DNA of 63,607 bases, counting the filler, from Octopus bimaculoides (taxonomy: Eukaryota), in assembly GCF_001194135.2 (NCBI RefSeq). It is 10 parts of 10 records of this genome, joined end to end, with 100 filler letters (N's around TTAATTAATTAA, not from the genome) between each part and the next. Parts side by side here need not be neighbours in the genome. Positions count along the whole stretch, not along the records: positions 14,317 to 37,425 come from NC_068982.1; 9 more parts are not named here. One strand, written 5' to 3'. A program made the translations under genes and the position numbers. How positions within the stretch are numbered: the first letter of the stretch is position 1; the number at the start of each line of letters is the position of its first letter. Shown in pieces: positions 24,287-36,187 of this stretch. Below the pieces are notes generated by a model, which searched no databases, had not been told where the DNA came from, and saw only the letters and a program-made list of their open reading frames with translations.

Positions 24287-24289
<3 letters not shown>

Positions 24290-24364
<75 letters not shown>

Positions 24365-26245
24365 GAGCAAACCTCCGTCAATGTTTCTTTATTTTAGCAC
24401 TACGTCCACAACACAGAGGGGACACTACAAAGACAGACACAACACCACAGTGGGGACAAAAAAGCATAAAACGGATGAAAATGAGATGTTATATAAAATG
24501 AAAATTGAAATGGCTGCATGGGCCCCACTCCCATGCAGTACCATTTGAACGTTTATGTAAACTATTTGCAATCGTTCTATTTTTCTTATTGTTTTTTCTT
24601 AACCATCGTTTTTTCCTCTGTTTTTTTTTTCAAATGAAACAATTTTACTTTTCTTTTCTGTTTTTTCAATAAAACAATTTTACTTACTTTCTTTTTTTTT
24701 CGTTTTTAATATCTCATGAAAGGTTCTAAATCTTTTAGCTCCACTACAGGTGGCAATTCATCGAACTCCACCAACACTCCTGGTGGGTCAATCCCATCTC
24801 CACATATGCCTTTTAGTCTGTTGTAGGTGTCCTTGTCAACCACAATGGCCTTCACATTCTCGGAATACACATCCGTAGGCAACTTTACTCTTATAATATG
24901 TTTAAACTTTAATACTTTCTTTTCAGTTTCTTTGCTTTTTGCGTACGTCACAAAATTCCATCGAAATTTTCCTTTTCTTCTTTGCTTTCTCTTTTCCTCC
25001 ACTGGAGCAACCGGTGTCTTCACCAATGTCTCCTCCTTAAGTAATTCCTCCTCGAACGCTTTTTCAAATTCCTTTTCACTTTCTTTATCTACCACCATTT
25101 TGTCTTCCTTCCTTCTGGTCACGACCTCCTTCTCCATCTCTTCTTTCTTCTTTGTTTTGCTTCTCTGGCGGAGAACTCACTCTCCCACTTCTTTTTCTTT
25201 TTTTTCTTTTCTTCCTCTTCACCACTGTGTATCTTTCTTCCATATGTTCCACTGGCTTCTCTATGCCTTGCATGTCTACTTCTTGTTGTTCCCTCTCCGT
25301 CACCTTCTCTTCGTGTTTTTGGGGACACTTAGCTTTCATGTGCCCCCGTATTCCACATTAATAGCATGCGGGAGGTTTTCCTTCCACTACAACTTTCAGC
25401 TTCGACTCGTCCTACAACACCAATTCCTCTACAATTTTGTGGAGGTCTGGTAAACTGATGTGAACCGACACCTCAAGGCCGTATCCCCAGCAGTTTACCT
25501 CCGTAGTTCTTGTAATTTTCAGTATTTTGGCTTCCTCTTCTTTATTATAGAGGATGGCTGCCACCAGCCACGCCTCGTCAATTTCTGGGGGCACTCTATC
25601 AATCGTCACTCTGGCTGCATGTTTGCCACAGTAGGTTGGTAGTAGTACCCAGTCAGTTCATCTCAAAGGCACAGTGGAGTGTTCTATCGCTTCTTGTTCA
25701 CTCGCGAAGCGTACCTCCACTGTGACATATTTCTTTCCTCTTGTGTGGTACGTCGTTAGAACTTTGACTTCTCTCAAGCATTCTTCCACTACCTCTACTG
25801 CAGTTATTTCAACTCTTTTTGTTGCAATAGACAGCGTTCTGTATATTATTGTCCTTCTCTGTGTCTTTTCAATAACTTCCTTAGGCGGCGTCAGCCTCAA
25901 GCCGTCTTCTTCCTTTCTGAATAGTTCATTGTACTTCTTGAAATTTGTTTATTTCAGTTGAATTTCTTTTACTTGCAGTATATCTGCTGTTAGACTTTTC
26001 CCAGTCACTACAGCGTAACTGCCTACTGGGACTGGTTGACATTCCATAACGATATTATCCACAACTTCACCCATAAATGGAGAAGAAAAATAAAAATTCA
26101 GGTAACAATAAATTCAACAATTCAGTAATATAACAAGTAGAGGTGCGGTAGACCTTCAACAATTTAACAATAACAAGACTTACATAAAGCGAACACACAT
26201 CAAATGCAAAAGGGAATCAAATAACTCGACTACAACACTAACGTC
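24290..26245 (-). mobile_element. ORF1-only non-LTR retroelement (L1/Tx1-like ORF1, HAL1-like), ~1.9 kb
   Basis: ~195-nt 5' UTR, one gag-like ORF, ~340-nt 3' UTR and a (TTA)n(GTA)n tail; no room for and no trace of ORF2. Confidence 0.7.
24706..26047 (-). pseudogene. Disrupted ORF1/gag-like nucleic-acid-binding protein (~445 aa) with CCHC zinc knuckle
   Basis: ATG at 26047 (MECQPVPVGSYAVV). One frame continues through four stops (~25950, 25658, 25412, 25358) and includes C-Y-*-C-G-I-R-G-H-M-K-A-K-C (25325-25366). A frameshift near 25160 leads into an E/K-rich linker and the C-terminal domain ..RLKGICGDGIDPPGVLVEFDELPPVV..MRY*. Confidence 0.8.
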
Positions 26246-26648
26246 CTGATTTCTTTTATTAGGCACAAGGCCTCTATAAAGATGGGACAACACGAAAACA
26301 GACAAAACAATACAATGGGGTGCATAAAAACACATATCGTATGAAATTATGGATACAATGAAAAATGAGGATGGAATGACTTACCTGCCCTCCATAAGCA
26401 GGCAGTTTCATTTTACTGTTTTTATATGATATTTTACTAACAGTTCAATATCTGTCTTGTATCTGCTGGTTTTCCTTTAAAAGAAATACACGAAGTCATT
26501 AATTATTCAGTTCTTAATTTCCTCACTCACCCTCATTTACGCCAAATACCTCCGCCGGCAATTCATCAAAACGAAACTGTACCGGTGTCACTTCTAACTT
26601 TTCACCAAACAAATCCTTTAACCGTTCTCGACCGCTCACAAAGGTTAA
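26246..26648 (-). mobile_element. 3' end of a diverged second ORF1-only element, head-to-tail upstream of the first
   Basis: Frame 26639-26523 reads VSGRERLKDLFGEKLEVTPVQFRFDELPAEVFGVNEGE*, matching the first element's C-terminus. The 3' UTR is homologous to 24380-24545; AATAAA lies at 26255-26260. Confidence 0.75.
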
Positions 26649-27623
26649 TTAAAAAAAAAAAAAAAAAAAAGGGAAAAATAATTCAGAATCTTTTTCCGGT
26701 ACCGAATCGATCCAAAAATCTAATCAGTTTGTGCCAGTCACGAGGCTAAACATCCCTGAATGTTTCATCCGAATCCATCCAGCAGTTCTTGAAATATCTT
26801 GTCCACAGACAAACAAACAAACAAACGATGGGCTTCTTTCAGTTTACATCTACCAAACTACCAAGTCCACAAACAAGGCTTTGGTCGGCTCGGGGCTATA
26901 TTAGAAGACACCTGCTCACGATGCATTACAGTGGGACTGATCCCGGAAACATGCAGTTGGAAAGCAAACTTCTTACCACACAGCTACACTTGCGCCTATT
27001 TTGCTTATTGTTATTATTTTTTTTTTCGTTTATTGTTTTCATCGCATCATTGTTTTTGGTTAGTTTAAAATGCTATTTGCATTAACACCATAATAACATC
27101 GAGTTAACCTTCACATTGCAAGCAAACACAAGGGTTTCTGTTCCATTTCCTGGTGATTATTTTGTTTGGTTATCTTCGTCTAAATATAAAGACAACAGAT
27201 GGGAGTTGTCAATCAACTAACTGGACTAGAATCGGAAATACGTTTTTCTGAAAGAGGAAAAAGGAAGTGGAATATTTTTCAAGGAGCGTACTGGGAGTTT
27301 AATGACAGNNNNNNNNNNNNNNNNNNNNNNNNNNNNNNNNNNNNNNNNNNNNNNNNNNNNNNNNNNNNNNNNNNNNNNNNNNNNNNNNNNNNNNNNNNNN
27401 NNNNNNNNNNNNNNNNNNNNNNNNNNNNNNNNNNNNNNNNNNNNNNNNNNNNNNNNNNNNNNNNNNNNNNNNNNNNNNNNNNNNNNNNNNNNNNNNNNNN
27501 NNNNNNNNNNNNNNNNNNNNNNNNNNNNNNNNNNNNNNNNNNNNNNNNNNNNNNNNNNNNNNNNNNNNNNNNNNNNNNNNNNNNNNNNNNNNNNNNNNNN
27601 NNNNNNNNNNNNNNNNNNNNNNN

Positions 27624-27666
<43 letters not shown>

Positions 27667-28080
27667 GGGTGTGTGAGTGTGTATGTGTTTGTCTGTGTGC
27701 GCGCGTGTGTGTTTGGGAATCTATGCATGTATGCTTTTATGCGTGTACATATGTTTGTATGTATGTATGTATGTATGTATGTATGTATGTATGTATGTAT
27801 GTATGTATATAGATGTATGCATGCATGTACAAACGTATGCATGAATGTATGTGTATGTATGTACGTACGTATGTATGTATATATGTATGTATGTATGTAT
27901 GTATGCATGTATGAACATATGCATGAATGCATGTATGTATATATGTATATGTATATGTATGTACGTACGTACGTACGTATGTATGTATGTATGTATGTAT
28001 GTATGTATGTGTGCATGTAGGTATGCAGGTATGTATGGATGTATGCATGTGTGTATGAATATGTTTGTATGTATTTCTGT
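27624..28080. repeat. (GT)n plus (GTAT)n compound microsatellite
   Basis: Direct reading. Confidence 0.95.
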
Positions 28081-28637
28081 ATATCCTTAGCCAGGGTTGA
28101 CTCGACGTAGAGCTCATTCGTCCAGGGCCTTCTTAACATCAATATTGGATCCCGGGAAAATCAATACACCGGGCTCTATATCATTCATTTATTGGCAGTA
28201 AAGCATAGCATACATAAATCAGAATTGAACCCCTAGACTCGTGAGATTTCCTTAAGATGGATCTACATCTGCCCTTAAATTCGTCTACCCGTCAAGTCTC
28301 GTAGAAATTACTCGTGTCTCGTCAGGGACATTAACTCGTAGACTTTAATTCGTTTGTAAGAAGGTAGTTATGTATAGCATGGACACAAACAACAAACTGG
28401 TTAATAAATTATAATAGGGGAAACTTTCACCTTCCCACATGTACTCGAAGCCAGAAATGGAGTCGATCCTTTTTGCTATGGTGTATGAGATTAGTTGTGA
28501 TTGGTTGGTTATGTGATTTAGTTCAAGTAGTTAAGATCCGGAGAAACTGAAGTTCTCCTTTAAATAAGTAGGTCTAGTAATCAAAAGTCAGTCGATAAAA
28601 CGATCGTTAGTTTCGAACTATAACAGTCTGTAACTAA

Positions 28638-28850
28638 TCCTTTCTATTGTACACTCAAGACCTGAAATTTTGGGGCAAAGAACTTGTCGATTACATTGAA
28701 CCCAGTGCTTAACTGTTACTTATTTTATCGACCCCGAAAGGATGAAAGGCAAAGGCGACCGTGGTGGAATTTGGATTCAGGGCGTGAGGCCGGAAGAAAT
28801 GCCGCTAAGCATTTTGTCCGGTGCGGTAACGATACTGCCAGCTCGCCGCC
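28638..28850 (-). mobile_element. tRNA-derived SINE family B
   Basis: Head GGCGGCGAGCTGGCAG..CGTT; core GCCTTTCATCCTTTCGGGGTCGATAAA. Other copies at ~24155-24287(-), 31555-31740(+), 37250-37424(+), 37780-37905(-), 38730-38850(-), 38860-39030(+), 55955-56160(-), 57010-57446(-) and 62795-63200(-). Confidence 0.85.
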
Positions 28851-29385
28851 TTACAGTTAATCAATATATTCCTTATATGTAAGCTGAAATATCGATAGGT
28901 AGCGTATAGTTCGGAAAGAAAAGCTGTTCAGAGACATTAAAGAACTTTCAGAGTTGTCCATTGGGAAACCTAGAAAATCAGCTACATAGCAGATACAGTA
29001 GGGGTCAGTCATATACGAAATGTTCTCTAAACAAACAAACTAAATAACGAACGGTTTTTCTGGAGAAAATTAAACTCGCAAAGGGAACTGAAATTTGATC
29101 AATGAACAACGAGCGGACTATACACGCGTATAAGTGATGTGAGTTCATTCGCTTAGCGAACAACAAAACATGAGTAGACTACACATGCGTGTAAGTGCTA
29201 GGAAAGCATATACTAACGTATATGTATGCATTTCCTGTAGCTTGCAAATTTTCATATTTCATATAGAAAAATATTTATATTTCTCCTTTTCGGAGGGGAT
29301 GCTAAAAACATAGCCATGGATCGATAAAAGCCAGACAAAGGATAAAACGCATGTAATCAGACGCGCACGTGCACGCGCACACACA

Positions 29386-29477
<92 letters not shown>

Positions 29478-30244
29478 ATACATACATACATAAATATATA
29501 AATTCATGAACAAATGAAGCATCATTTCATGCCTTTATGTGGAGTTTTGGTGTGGCTTGGAAGGCATTACATCTATTTATATGTATTTTAATGACTCATG
29601 TAACAAACAATTTGGTTGACAAACAGGGTCCCGAAATGGATTATATTCGTATATAATGACCCCACTGTATTATATTCTAGTTGTGAAAAATAGTGGGAAT
29701 TCGGCATCTTCTAATATATAAATAGCTGGAAAACCTACAAGGATATCTATTAATTATCACCTGTAGTGAAGAAACAGGGATTGGTTTCCTGATTCTAGAA
29801 ACGAGGAACAGTAGGTAGTAATATGTGTAATATCTATTTCAATAATAAATGTACGGCTATCAATGTATACATTAAAAACGGTGATTCATTTAACTTACCA
29901 TTGAGTAGTATGCTAGTATATCTTGTAAAATAAGAATCTAATTTCAACTGCTTCAACCTTTCTGTAATGTTAAGTGATAATATGTGACATTTTGAAGAAT
30001 TAATAGCTAAAACTCTCTATGATATCTAATTACTGTTCTTTCTTCTGAAATCTTTATACAATTTCATTTGTGGATTTCCAACGTTTAATCCATTAATACT
30101 TACTTGTCTGGCCGTCCAGTCTCATGGTATTTAGAAGATATTACAGCTGATCTTAGTGGTAATTCTACTCTCCAAACGTCTTTACATCATTTCTGTTTTA
30201 CAATAGACAATATATAATTGTAATTCTAATAGGATTTTCAAGTA

Positions 30245-30660
30245 TCTATGCGGCCGGTCAAGAAAGAAATCGAACATTTTAAAGAACGCACTTACTGCTT
30301 TATTTAAAATTTAATCAAATTTGTTTCTTTCAAAATAGTTCCTTCTACTTTTGTTCAGAAGCTTTTAGCGCACGCCTACCCTCTAATTTGGATTGCATTT
30401 TTAAAAGTAGTATACCATTCTCTCAGTGAATTTTCTGTGATCTAAAATCGGCGATCTTTCAATCTGTATTTGAAAACTGGGAACAAAAAGGAAATGCGCT
30501 GTCGTACGACATACAGGTTTTGTTTGTCCATGAATCAGGCTTCTCAAACTCTTCCGGACATCCAAATCTTCACAGATCGTCTGTGGACATGGAAGAAACT
30601 TATGATGAATGAGGCTCTTCCAATCAATAAAGACTACTACCATAACCATCGCACTTGAGC
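30245..30660 (-). mobile_element. Mariner transposase relic (internally deleted)
   Basis: MVMVVVFIDWKSLIHHKFLP resembles the mariner motif KVM..VF(F/W)D..G.IH.EFLP. Confidence 0.6.
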
Positions 30661-30999
30661 GACTTTGTTCTTTTATTTATGTATTCATTTATCTATTTTG
30701 GTCGCGGCGACGATGATCTAATCCACTGTGATGATTATCTTTTTGCTTCAACATATTGGGCCGCACACCCACGTTTAGTCACTTAGTATTACACTTTCCA
30801 CAGAGTTTTCAGCTGTATTCGAACCATAAGTTTCTGACTGACTGTGTCTCGGTTCTCTTTTTGTTCATGAGTTTAGCGCCAAAATGATGCTTCGGCAGTT
30901 GTTCTTTTAAAAGTACATGCCACAAACTTTTACAGGTGCATTCATTTTCGTGCATTCAAGTTCCCTTAACTGGTGCGTCAAGTCGTTGGGGAGCTACTC

Positions 31000-31500
31000 T
31001 CGGCGCTTTTGCAGTCAGCCGTTTCCACTGGCTTCTATTCTCTGTCATGTGTGGCAGGGTCGCGGTGTTGTAAACTGTCCAGTCCTTGATGTTATCAGAC
31101 CAGGGTAAAATCTCTGCTTGCCTCTCTTTCGCTCTCCCTCATCTGTGCCCTGGTTGTAGGGCGCAGGGCTCGAGTAAAGAGAATACTTTGGTTTCCGGCT
31201 GCAGCATCCTGAGGGATGGACGGCTACACTGGTCTTACTTAACTCTATCTTTTGGCTCCGAGACCATTCTCAGTCACACTTTGATAACAGCTCTGCTGGC
31301 AGGCCTGGAGAATAAATGGGCACAGCCAAGCATTTCTAAGGCCTACCGAAATGCGTACATCTTCAGATGCACACTTCTTCAGAAACTTTAGGAATGGTCA
31401 GGCTAGACTTTCCACAGACCACAGTTTTCGCAATGTTGCTGCAGAAGGTCGTGCACAGGGGTTGTTCTCATCCATCTGAAACTCTAGTTACACACGTGAC
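31000..31500 (-). mobile_element. Old, decayed RTE-like LINE C-terminal fragment
   Basis: Minus-strand remnant GTDEGERKRGKQRF resembles the RTE G.R.RGRP..R motif; many stops. Confidence 0.4.
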
Positions 31501-32547
31501 ATTGTCTACGGTTCAACCAATCATTCCTATAATTCTGTTGCAATATTAGAAAAGTCTAAGGTGGCAGAATCGTTTGCACACTGGGTAAAATGTTTAACAG
31601 CATTCCATTCGTCTTTACGTTCTGAGTTCAAATTCCGTCGCGGTCGACTTTGTTGTTCGCCCCTTCGGGGTCGATAAAATAAGTATCAGTTGAACACCCC
31701 CGAAATTGCTAGCCTTGTGCCAAAAAGCAATGTTAGAAAAGTGTCTGCAAAATTCTTTTCCAATTTGTAGATACAAATGTGGCTGTGTGGTAAGAAGTTT
31801 GCTTCTCAACTAAATGGTTCCAGGTTCAGTCTATGTGACACTATCAACAAGTGTCTACTATTATAGCCCCGGGTCAACGAAATCTTCGTAAGCGGATCTA
31901 TGTGTTTGTTTTTGTCTCTCACCACTGCTTGAAAACAGGTGTTGGTTTGTTTACGTTCATATAACTTAGTGGTTCGGCCAAGAAACTGATAGAATAGATT
32001 AACATGCAGTTTATAGTTGTAAAATGAGGAAAGTAAATAATTCGTAGAAAATTGTCTTTTACGATAGAAACCGGAAGTGACGACAGAGACATCTCGTAAT
32101 TTCATATAAACACTATGTGACGTACCAATGTATCCAATACATAAATATCGTCAGCATTAACTCGTATCAGGGTAATAAATCTACAGCGAGTGAACCTCTT
32201 CATCCTGATGGGTGCGAGGGGGTGCTGGTGCCTGAAGTAGCTGTTCAGGCCAAGGGTAGAATACAAGATCCGGGGGGCATTTATCGCAAGGAAGGGTTGG
32301 TTGGGGGCGAGGAAGTGTGAATCGCTCTTTGCCTCTTCGACGTCTAATGTTTGCCTCTTTGACGTCTAATGTCTACCTCTTGACGTACTTATGTTTAATA
32401 TAACACCTATGTTTAATATATCGTGAAAACTGTATATGTTTTATATAAGCTGAAAAGAATCATATTTATGGGAAAACCTAACAGTCATTTCGTTTTGGGA
32501 TTTGGTTTGCAAGATTCTTTATGTGAGTTCGTGTGTTGAAGCATATT

Positions 32548-32738
32548 TTGTTGTGTCTAGTAGAGTCATTCGCTTTTAGTGCCTTATTATTTAACACACT
32601 CACCGGTAAAGTTTCCACTCATTTACTTACTTATAAAATTCTAAAATTTTATAAATAAGTAAATGAGTGGAAACTTTACCGGTGAGTGTGTTAAATAATA
32701 AGGCACTAAAAGAGAATGATTCTCCCCAGACACAACAA
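32548..32738. repeat. Near-perfect ~93-bp-arm palindrome (4-nt loop)
   Basis: Arms at 32548-32640 and 32645-32738; the inner ~62 bp carry one mismatch. Confidence 0.9.
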
Positions 32739-33539
32739 ACTAACAGTCATTGATGTACGAAATGAGATTATGAGATTCGCAAATAATTTTTCACGACTTT
32801 ATAATATTAGATTCGATCCCGCGTTTTGCCACAAAGAAAACACAATTCAGTCATTCGCACAATTAAGATTTTATCCAATGTACGGCCATTATTCACGTAT
32901 TAGTTCGATGGTCTAACTAGAACTTTCTGTGATCGTGGCCTACAAATATAAACAAATTGAGCGCCAAACTTTCAGAGTGATTCGATTCGAGTTGGCGCTC
33001 ACTCTCTTCATAGCTGTTTTCACACTGCATATTCATCTCGGAACGATCGAAAAAGAAGACACACCACAGCACCATGAATATGTATTGATATGTAAAAATT
33101 AGTCCAATGTTGAATTTCTAACAAAGTTTTTCTGCACATGTCATATACGTTGCTTCATCTGAATATTTCTTTTACTTGTATTGTATGAACACCTATCCTA
33201 TACTTATGATGTGCGTATACACGTTGGGTGTAAAATAGTATTACCCAAGATAAATATTTGGATGTGGTTATCTAAAATAACCTATCGCAGAATTATGATA
33301 TTTACACAGAACGCACTCTGTACTGCTCAAACGTAGATACGATATTAAACTAACACACGTCGCACTGACACAGTAACCAATACGGTCCACCAACACTATC
33401 ACCTCCCTTGACAGTTCACTCAGTTCTTATTTATTGAAATCCGTTAGTCCACTTTCAGTCACGTGGGGATGTTCCGGATCCTTCCACAACACCTATTGAT
33501 AAAACAAATAAATTATGTTCCATAACATAAAAAGAGCTT

Positions 33540-33800
33540 TCTTGTTGCAATCTCTACATCTGTTTCGCTGCACATACTTATGAAGATATGATGTAAATAA
33601 AGCATCACTATTTCCATATTGTTATCTAATTCTCTTCTTGGTGGGTATCCATTACCCTCCTATATTCTGTGTATGGATGTTGCCATCGTGTGCATCAACA
33701 AAATTGAGTGAATGTTTGATAACTTATGAGTATAGAAGTTGCCGTGACCCAGACAGGGAGCCCAACTATTGGATATCAAACGTATTTTATGGAATTTTGG
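33540..33800 (-). pseudogene. Merlin (IS1595/ISXO2-like) transposase C-terminal relic
   Basis: ISNSWAP..., then KHSLNFVDAHDGNIHTQNIGG*WIPTKKRIR*QYGNSDALFTSYLHKY, matching NHS..FVD...G.HTQ.IE..W...K...SYL. Confidence 0.75.
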
Positions 33801-33994
33801 TATATCAACGTCAATTTAGGTTTCTATCGCAAAATTCTTTCATTTTAATATTTTACGACAGTAAACTGCATGTTAAGCATAGAATAAATAGCAGAATTTA
33901 AAAAATAAGAAACAGAGTCGATTTGCTCAATTAAATGCTTCAATACGGTGCACCAGCATGATTGCAATTCAATAACTGAAACAAGTAAGATATA

Positions 33995-34001
33995 AAGATG
34001 T

Positions 34002-34083
<82 letters not shown>

Positions 34084-34151
34084 TAGTAGTAGTGGACGTT
34101 GCAGCAGTAACAGTGTGAGGTCATNNNNNNNNNNGTAGTAGTAGTAGTAGT

Positions 34152-34210
<59 letters not shown>

Positions 34211-34223
34211 AAGTTGCAGCAGT

Positions 34224-34273
<50 letters not shown>

Positions 34274-34300
34274 TAGTGGACGTTGCAGCAGTAACAGTGT
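33995..34300. repeat. (GTA)n/(GCA)n compound trinucleotide repeat, partly duplicated across a 10-N gap
   Basis: Direct reading. Confidence 0.95.
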
Positions 34301-34545
34301 GAGGTCATGAAAAGTAGAGCAGACAGCTACTTACAACCCATTCTAGTAACTCTGGTGAGTAATACAGAAAACACCACATGCAATGGTAAACGCTTTTCAA
34401 ACTGTTGTCATTAAAATTTGTGACTCTAAATCACGCACAGGCCAATGTTAGATCCTCTGCTTAATGTCATCAATAACTCACTACTATCTAAAATTTCCAC
34501 CCCAAAGAGATCACAATAAACGGCTTTCACTACATTGCACTAAGC

Positions 34546-34789
34546 CATGGATCGAGAACTTCTTTAACCAATTACCCCAAAATATATTTATTTACACCAA
34601 CATTTACACCATATTTATTTCCCCCGCTTGATTTGAAAGGAAGAAAATCATAGATTCTTTAAATTCAAAAGGTTTATTGAAAGAACACGCTTTTTATATA
34701 ATTTTACTCATGTCTAACGAGTCCTCGTTACCCCCAAGAATTTCCTTTTTACCTCATTAGGGTAATTTACCCCGGTTTACCGACCCCTG
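34546..34789. mobile_element. hAT-family MITE with perfect 8-bp target-site duplication
   Basis: CACTAAGC flanks both ends (34538-34545 and 34790-34797); termini CATGGATCGAGAAC / GTTTACCGACCCCTG. Confidence 0.85.
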
Positions 34790-35574
34790 CACTAAGCAAA
34801 TAACATACAAAAACAAGTGAACAAAGACAAAGTCACCGAAGACAAAAGAAAAGATACAGTTGTGACTAGGAGGAAAACTGATAAATAAAAACGTTACATT
34901 TTCTTCGAATCTATTAATATAAATAACAGAGTGTCTCCTCTTTCTCTCTGTTTGTCCGTCTCCTTGACATGCACATCAAAGACAACTGCTATAGTACATT
35001 CAGTGCCTGAAATTTGTAGAAATAATGATTAAACATATCACTATAATTTATAGGAACACTTGAAGGTCGTTTAGTTTAGCTGAATACTGAGTACTATTAT
35101 ACACGAGTTATAACTACATCACATAAATTGTATACAGATACATATTTCTATGTTTGTTTTATTAATTCGTAAAATGATAGAGAGGAACGTGAATTTTATT
35201 TAATTAATTCGTTTCAATTCAATTTTCTGCAAGGAATTAAGCACAAAACTGAAAGTTTATCATCACCTTTGGATTTTTCACAAGTACGACACACCAGTAC
35301 ATTGATATTAATTAAAGCAATTGAACAAAAAATATTTAAGTTGCTTATTAACTGACAATAGAAGACGTGCACACAATGACGAGCAATTTATATAATAGCA
35401 CTACATCTATGTGAGGAAAGAGATCACGTTTTATTCATTATCTGAAATAAAACAATGAAACCTTAAATCAGTCATTTATTTGTTGAAGTTTGCCTGCGAC
35501 TTTTTTCCTTGATTCCGAAAATAAACCTTGTGAACATAATGTAAAAATTCAGTCGAGAGACAAAACGTAAGTGA

Positions 35575-35632
<58 letters not shown>

Positions 35633-36145
35633 GAAACAAGATGCTACACCATTTTAGTGAGAAGTTATGTTTATAGGCGCAGGTATGGCTGTGTGATTAG
35701 GAAGTCGCATTTCGCAGACATGTAGTTTCATGTTCGCAGCCATGTAGTTTCTGTTCCACTTCGTGATACTTTGGTGAATATCTTCGACCAAGCCTAACGT
35801 CACCTGGACCAATATGAGGTGAAATTTGGTAAATAGAAACTGTACGGAAACCTGTCATATAATATATATATGCATAAACCATAAAGTTAAGTGGTATGAG
35901 AGATGAATATATAATTTAACCACATGACTTCCATAGGGTTACGGCTGTTTCGCAACCTTAATGTAATATTTATTCCAGTATGGAAAAATTATGCATACAT
36001 CGTTGCATTGATAAATATGCTCAGCATTATACAAATGTATATTCACAAATTAAGGCAAGTAAAGAAAGCTAGCTCATCAGATCACCAACAATTTAACACT
36101 GTGATACTCGCATGATTCTCTGAATCTATATCTTATACTACTATA

Positions 36146-36187
<42 letters not shown>

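Noticed and set aside
24706-26047. All four ORF1 stops are one C-to-T change from Gln/Arg codons (deaminase footprint?)
   Set aside because: Only four events, and this is the commonest route to stops under ordinary AT-biased neutral decay.
28431-28475. Possible 45-nt minus-strand exon (AKRIDSISGFEYMWE)
   Set aside because: Weak acceptor and donor (GTGAAA) with no recognisable homology.
35925-36085. Possible minus-strand hammerhead (CTGATGA at ~36075, GAAAC-AGCC-GTA at ~35950)
   Set aside because: The halves are ~125 nt apart with only 1-2 bp support for stems I and II.
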